Source of the DNA: Macrostomum lignano
Taxonomy: Eukaryota
Assembly (NCBI GenBank): GCA_002269645.1
Contig: NIVC01002968.1
Location: 1-35,822 of the forward strand
Direction: 5' to 3'
Length of the DNA stretch: 35,822 nt
This document shows positions 32,901 to 35,822 of the stretch, piece after piece; positions within the stretch are counted from its first letter, which is position 1, and the number at the start of each line of letters is the position of its first letter. The notes beneath the pieces were generated by a model. That model did no database searches. It had not been told where the DNA came from and saw nothing but the letters and a program-made list of their open reading frames with translations. A program made the position numbers and the translations under genes.

Positions 32901-33709
32901 ATTGCACTCACTCTTAGTCTCTCTTACTCTCTAGAATAAAAACTGATATTTTTTGCATATGACTATATGGGAAGCAAAGGCTTAGGCCCTACTTTTTTCT
33001 ACTCAACTCAACTCACTCAACTACTAGGCCTACCGCCTACCTACTACTAAACTTCTACCTGGCTAGGCCCACTGGGGCTGGCCTAGGCCTAGGAGTAGGA
33101 GTAGGCCTATACCAAGTGGCTAGATTACCTTTTAAACAACACAATTAACTTCACTTAAATAAACCAGACTTGTTAGTTCGTTTAATACCATAGTATTAGA
33201 ATTTAGAATTAGAACCAATTATTTTATTAAAAAATCTCTACTAAGCTACAGGTACAGCACAACCTAGGTCTAATTCAATGCCTTATAGTAGTAAGCCTAG
33301 TTTAGGCATGTCATGTGTAGGCTTAGCCACACAGCCTTCACCCCAGCTCAGTTTTAGAACTACATGGATTTTAGACCCTAGTTTCCTAGTTGCCGGCCAG
33401 CAGCACGCACGCACGTGCCTTCAGCGAGTAGAAAGCATTTAAATTTAAGCTGCAAGGGCCTAGGCCTACCGTCATGATGCATGTCTAAAACTAACTAACA
33501 AGAAACCCACAGCAGAAAGAGAGTCCTGCAACAAGCTACTAAAACATGAATGCATTTATTGGCGCTAAAAAGTTAACTAGCTTTGTTGATATTGTAACAA
33601 TCATTTTTCGATTAACCAGCAAGCTGAGACAGCAACCAGCATGCTGTCATACCGTAAACAAAAAACTTAAATCGTGCTGTTTTCGTTAGTTTTAAGCAAA
33701 CACGGGTGG
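29915..33709 (-). repeat. Right arm (3795 bp) of the inverted repeat
   Basis: Ends CACGGGTGG (33701-33709), matching CCACCCGTG (25755-25763); only a few substitutions and homopolymer indels seen. Confidence 0.97.
30634..31453 (+). repeat. G-rich hexamer array (CTAGGG/CTGGGG/CAAGGG/CTTGGG), G-quadruplex prone; mirror of 28011-28830
   Basis: Dense GGG/GGGG runs separated by 1-3 nt loops. Confidence 0.9.
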
Positions 33710-34039
33710 TTGATTAGTGACAATATTAAGAACAACAGCATTTAGATGTAGTAAAAAGGTTATTTAAAAAACCTAGATTCATTATATGTGGCTGACTAAT
33801 TATTATTTATTAGTATTCGAGTAAAAAAAGTCTTTCTAATTTGTTTTATTGGGGAGATTACCGGGTTTTTAAGCAAAGTCCTCGACAGAATGTACTCATA
33901 CACAGCTATATTCTCTGAAAAATATACTGTATGCGGGAGCGGCAACACTGCTTGCCAAAAGTTTGTTGTTAGAACCGGAAGTGTAATTCCGTCTCATGAG
34001 TACGGGTTCGGGTGTTCGGGGGTACTGCACTTTCTCGCT

Positions 34040-35116
34040 GCCAACTATCGGAGCTCGCACTCCTCCAGCCGGACAGCAGCGAGGCCTTGGCGGCAGGGGC
34101 GTCGCCAACGGGGGGGACAGGGAGGACATGTCCCCCGAGTAAAAGATATGGGGGGACACGCCAATGCTTTGTCCCCCACCCCACCTTGTGACTCGTTATG
34201 GAAATCATGCAATAATTTTGCTGCAGGTCGACAAACAAAGTGCCTGCGGAGCTAAAATGAGTGGCTGCGGCGCTAAAATGAGTGCCTGCGGCGCTATAAT
34301 GAGTGCTGACAACACCGATTCTGAAGATATAGCCCCTCCCCCCCCCCACGATAAAAATCCATGGCGACGCCCCTGCTTGGCTTGTTGATTCGGCTTGCTG
34401 CATCGGTTGCAGGTCTGGCCTACCGCTTCACTGCAGCTGCGTTGGCAGAAGCTGCCGCAGCGGATGCACTTTTGTATGATCACAGTCTGCGTAGCTGTGA
34501 TCTCTGCGGCTGATCTGGCGGCGGGCGGGCCTACACGGTCGCAGCGCTGGTCTCCATGAAGCTGGCCTGCGCCTCAGCTGCCTCCATTGCCCTGGCCACC
34601 CGAACTGCCTGGCCAAAGTCCACGTTGTCCATTCCCAGCAGCCTCATGCGGAGCTGCTCGGAGCTGCAGCCGGCAATCAGCTGGTCTCTTATCAGCGAAT
34701 CCCGGAGGCCTTCGAATTTGCAGCAGCAGTCCGCAGTATCGTTGAGCCGCCGCAGGGACTCTCAGTCGTGCAGGGACTCTCCTGTCTGCTGGAAGCAGAG
34801 TGAAGGACAGTTAGAATTGACTGATGAAGTGCTCATTGAGATTTCTTGTCGAGCTTGTCGACGTCATCACCGGTGTCGTCAAATCCGGCTGCAATGGCCT
34901 GTAGGTTCTCGCCTGCTGTGTAGAGGCGTTGGCGCAGTCGCTTCTGGTCAGAGATATCAACGGCCGCGGCAAACAGCTGGAACTGATCCAACATTTGCTC
35001 CACTTTGTATGTGCCGCATGGGGCTCCTCGCGCAAGTTCAAAGTCGGCAGGGTGGGTAGGCCTGCTTTCGATGCCACTGTAGTGCGCTCTTGTAGGTGTA
35101 GAATCCGGCCTTTCAT
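34040..35116 (-). pseudogene. gag: Decayed Ty3/Gypsy-type gag with double Zn-knuckle remnant; several frameshifts and stops; interrupted by a MITE
   Basis: Joined frames: LPTLPTLNL..KWSK(W)LDQFQLFAAA..RLYTAGENLQAI..LNEHF..QQTGESLHD*..LRDSLIRDQLIAG..LRMRLLG..AVRVARAMEAA..KCIRCG..C.EAVGQTCNRCSKPN..AK. No pol or LTR recognised. Confidence 0.8.
34094..34375 (-). mobile_element. hAT-like MITE, copy 2 (282 bp), opposite orientation to copy 1
   Basis: Perfect 14-bp TIR CAGGGGCGTCGCCA / TGGCGACGCCCCTG; 8-bp flanks CTTGGCGG / CTTGGCTT (6/8); shares the GCCAATGCTTTGTCCCC..CCACCTTGTGAC block and subrepeats with copy 1. Confidence 0.85.
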
Positions 35117-35250
35117 GACCGTATACTTGAGCATATAAATGAATATACGAATTTGGTACAGTGAGCGCAGCGTGCCACTGTTGTGTAGCAGTGGAAAGCC
35201 GAAAACGCGATGCCAGGGCACGTGGGAGAGAAGGCAATGACGAGAGCAAA

Positions 35251-35276
35251 AGAGAGAGAGAGAGAGAGAGAGAGAG
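35251..35276. repeat. (AG)13 microsatellite
   Basis: Direct read. Confidence 0.9.
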
Positions 35277-35822
35277 ATCAAACACTCCAATACAGTCATG
35301 ATACAAGCATGAACGGGATAATTAATAATAAGGTACATAGAGGAATGAGAAACAATTTCTTAAAATGGGACTGCGCTACTCGAGCTCATGGTATTTACGT
35401 TAATTTGCTTAGCTACACAGATATCGATTATGCTAATCGCAATCGCAGAGCAGTCCTTAGACCAGCAGTTTTCCTTTTTTCCTTAGGGGACCAGATGCAT
35501 CGGGATTAAAGTTCTTCGGACAGCGCAGGATTGGAGTTGACAGCGAAGGATATAACATTGAGGAAGGAGTGAATATCCTTCAATCATGTGTTTTAACAAT
35601 TGTTGCAGCTGCTATTTGAACAAAACTATGCTTTAGCTATGTGGCTACGCTCGGCATGTATGACGTAGTTTATTTATTGCAAAATTTTCTCTACTAAAAG
35701 CAAATTAACAGGCGGAATTTATTTCATGATCACCAAGATTGCTGCGCCTGCATTCGCTTGGCACCACAGACAGGTAATTATGCAGCTGTCCTATAGAAAC
35801 TCCTAAGCAGTCATAAAAAAGT

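Noticed and set aside
33975-33982. ETS motif CCGGAAGT as a promoter
   Set aside because: Single short motif with no associated gene start.

Overview
Eukaryotic (animal) genomic DNA with GC-rich exons and introns or spacers filled by locus-private minisatellites. The Lox-type Hox signature points to a spiralian, plausibly a free-living flatworm such as Macrostomum (inference, not verified). Left to right: the homeobox exon of a divergent Lox4/Lox2 (Ubx/abd-A class) Hox gene; a minus-strand GPCPD1/GDE5-like CBM20+GDPD gene lacking its catalytic motif, probably fused across a frameshift to an unknown N-terminal region; a Thr-rich membrane mucin with a possible C-type-lectin-like relic head-to-head; a 4-exon OATP/SLCO transporter with a 1-bp homopolymer frameshift; a CORE-type SINE interrupted by a hAT-like MITE; a CAC..GTG-ended small element; a small prothymosin-like acidic ORF; an ~8 kb near-perfect inverted repeat (two 3.8 kb arms, 366 bp spacer) that is CpG-free over 1.6 kb, strongly TpA-rich (RIP-like) and carries telomere-like G-rich hexamers; and a decayed Ty3/Gypsy gag hit by a second copy of the MITE. 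Most long ORFs in the supplied track are artefacts of tandem repeats. All homology calls are by-eye motif recognition; no searches were run.
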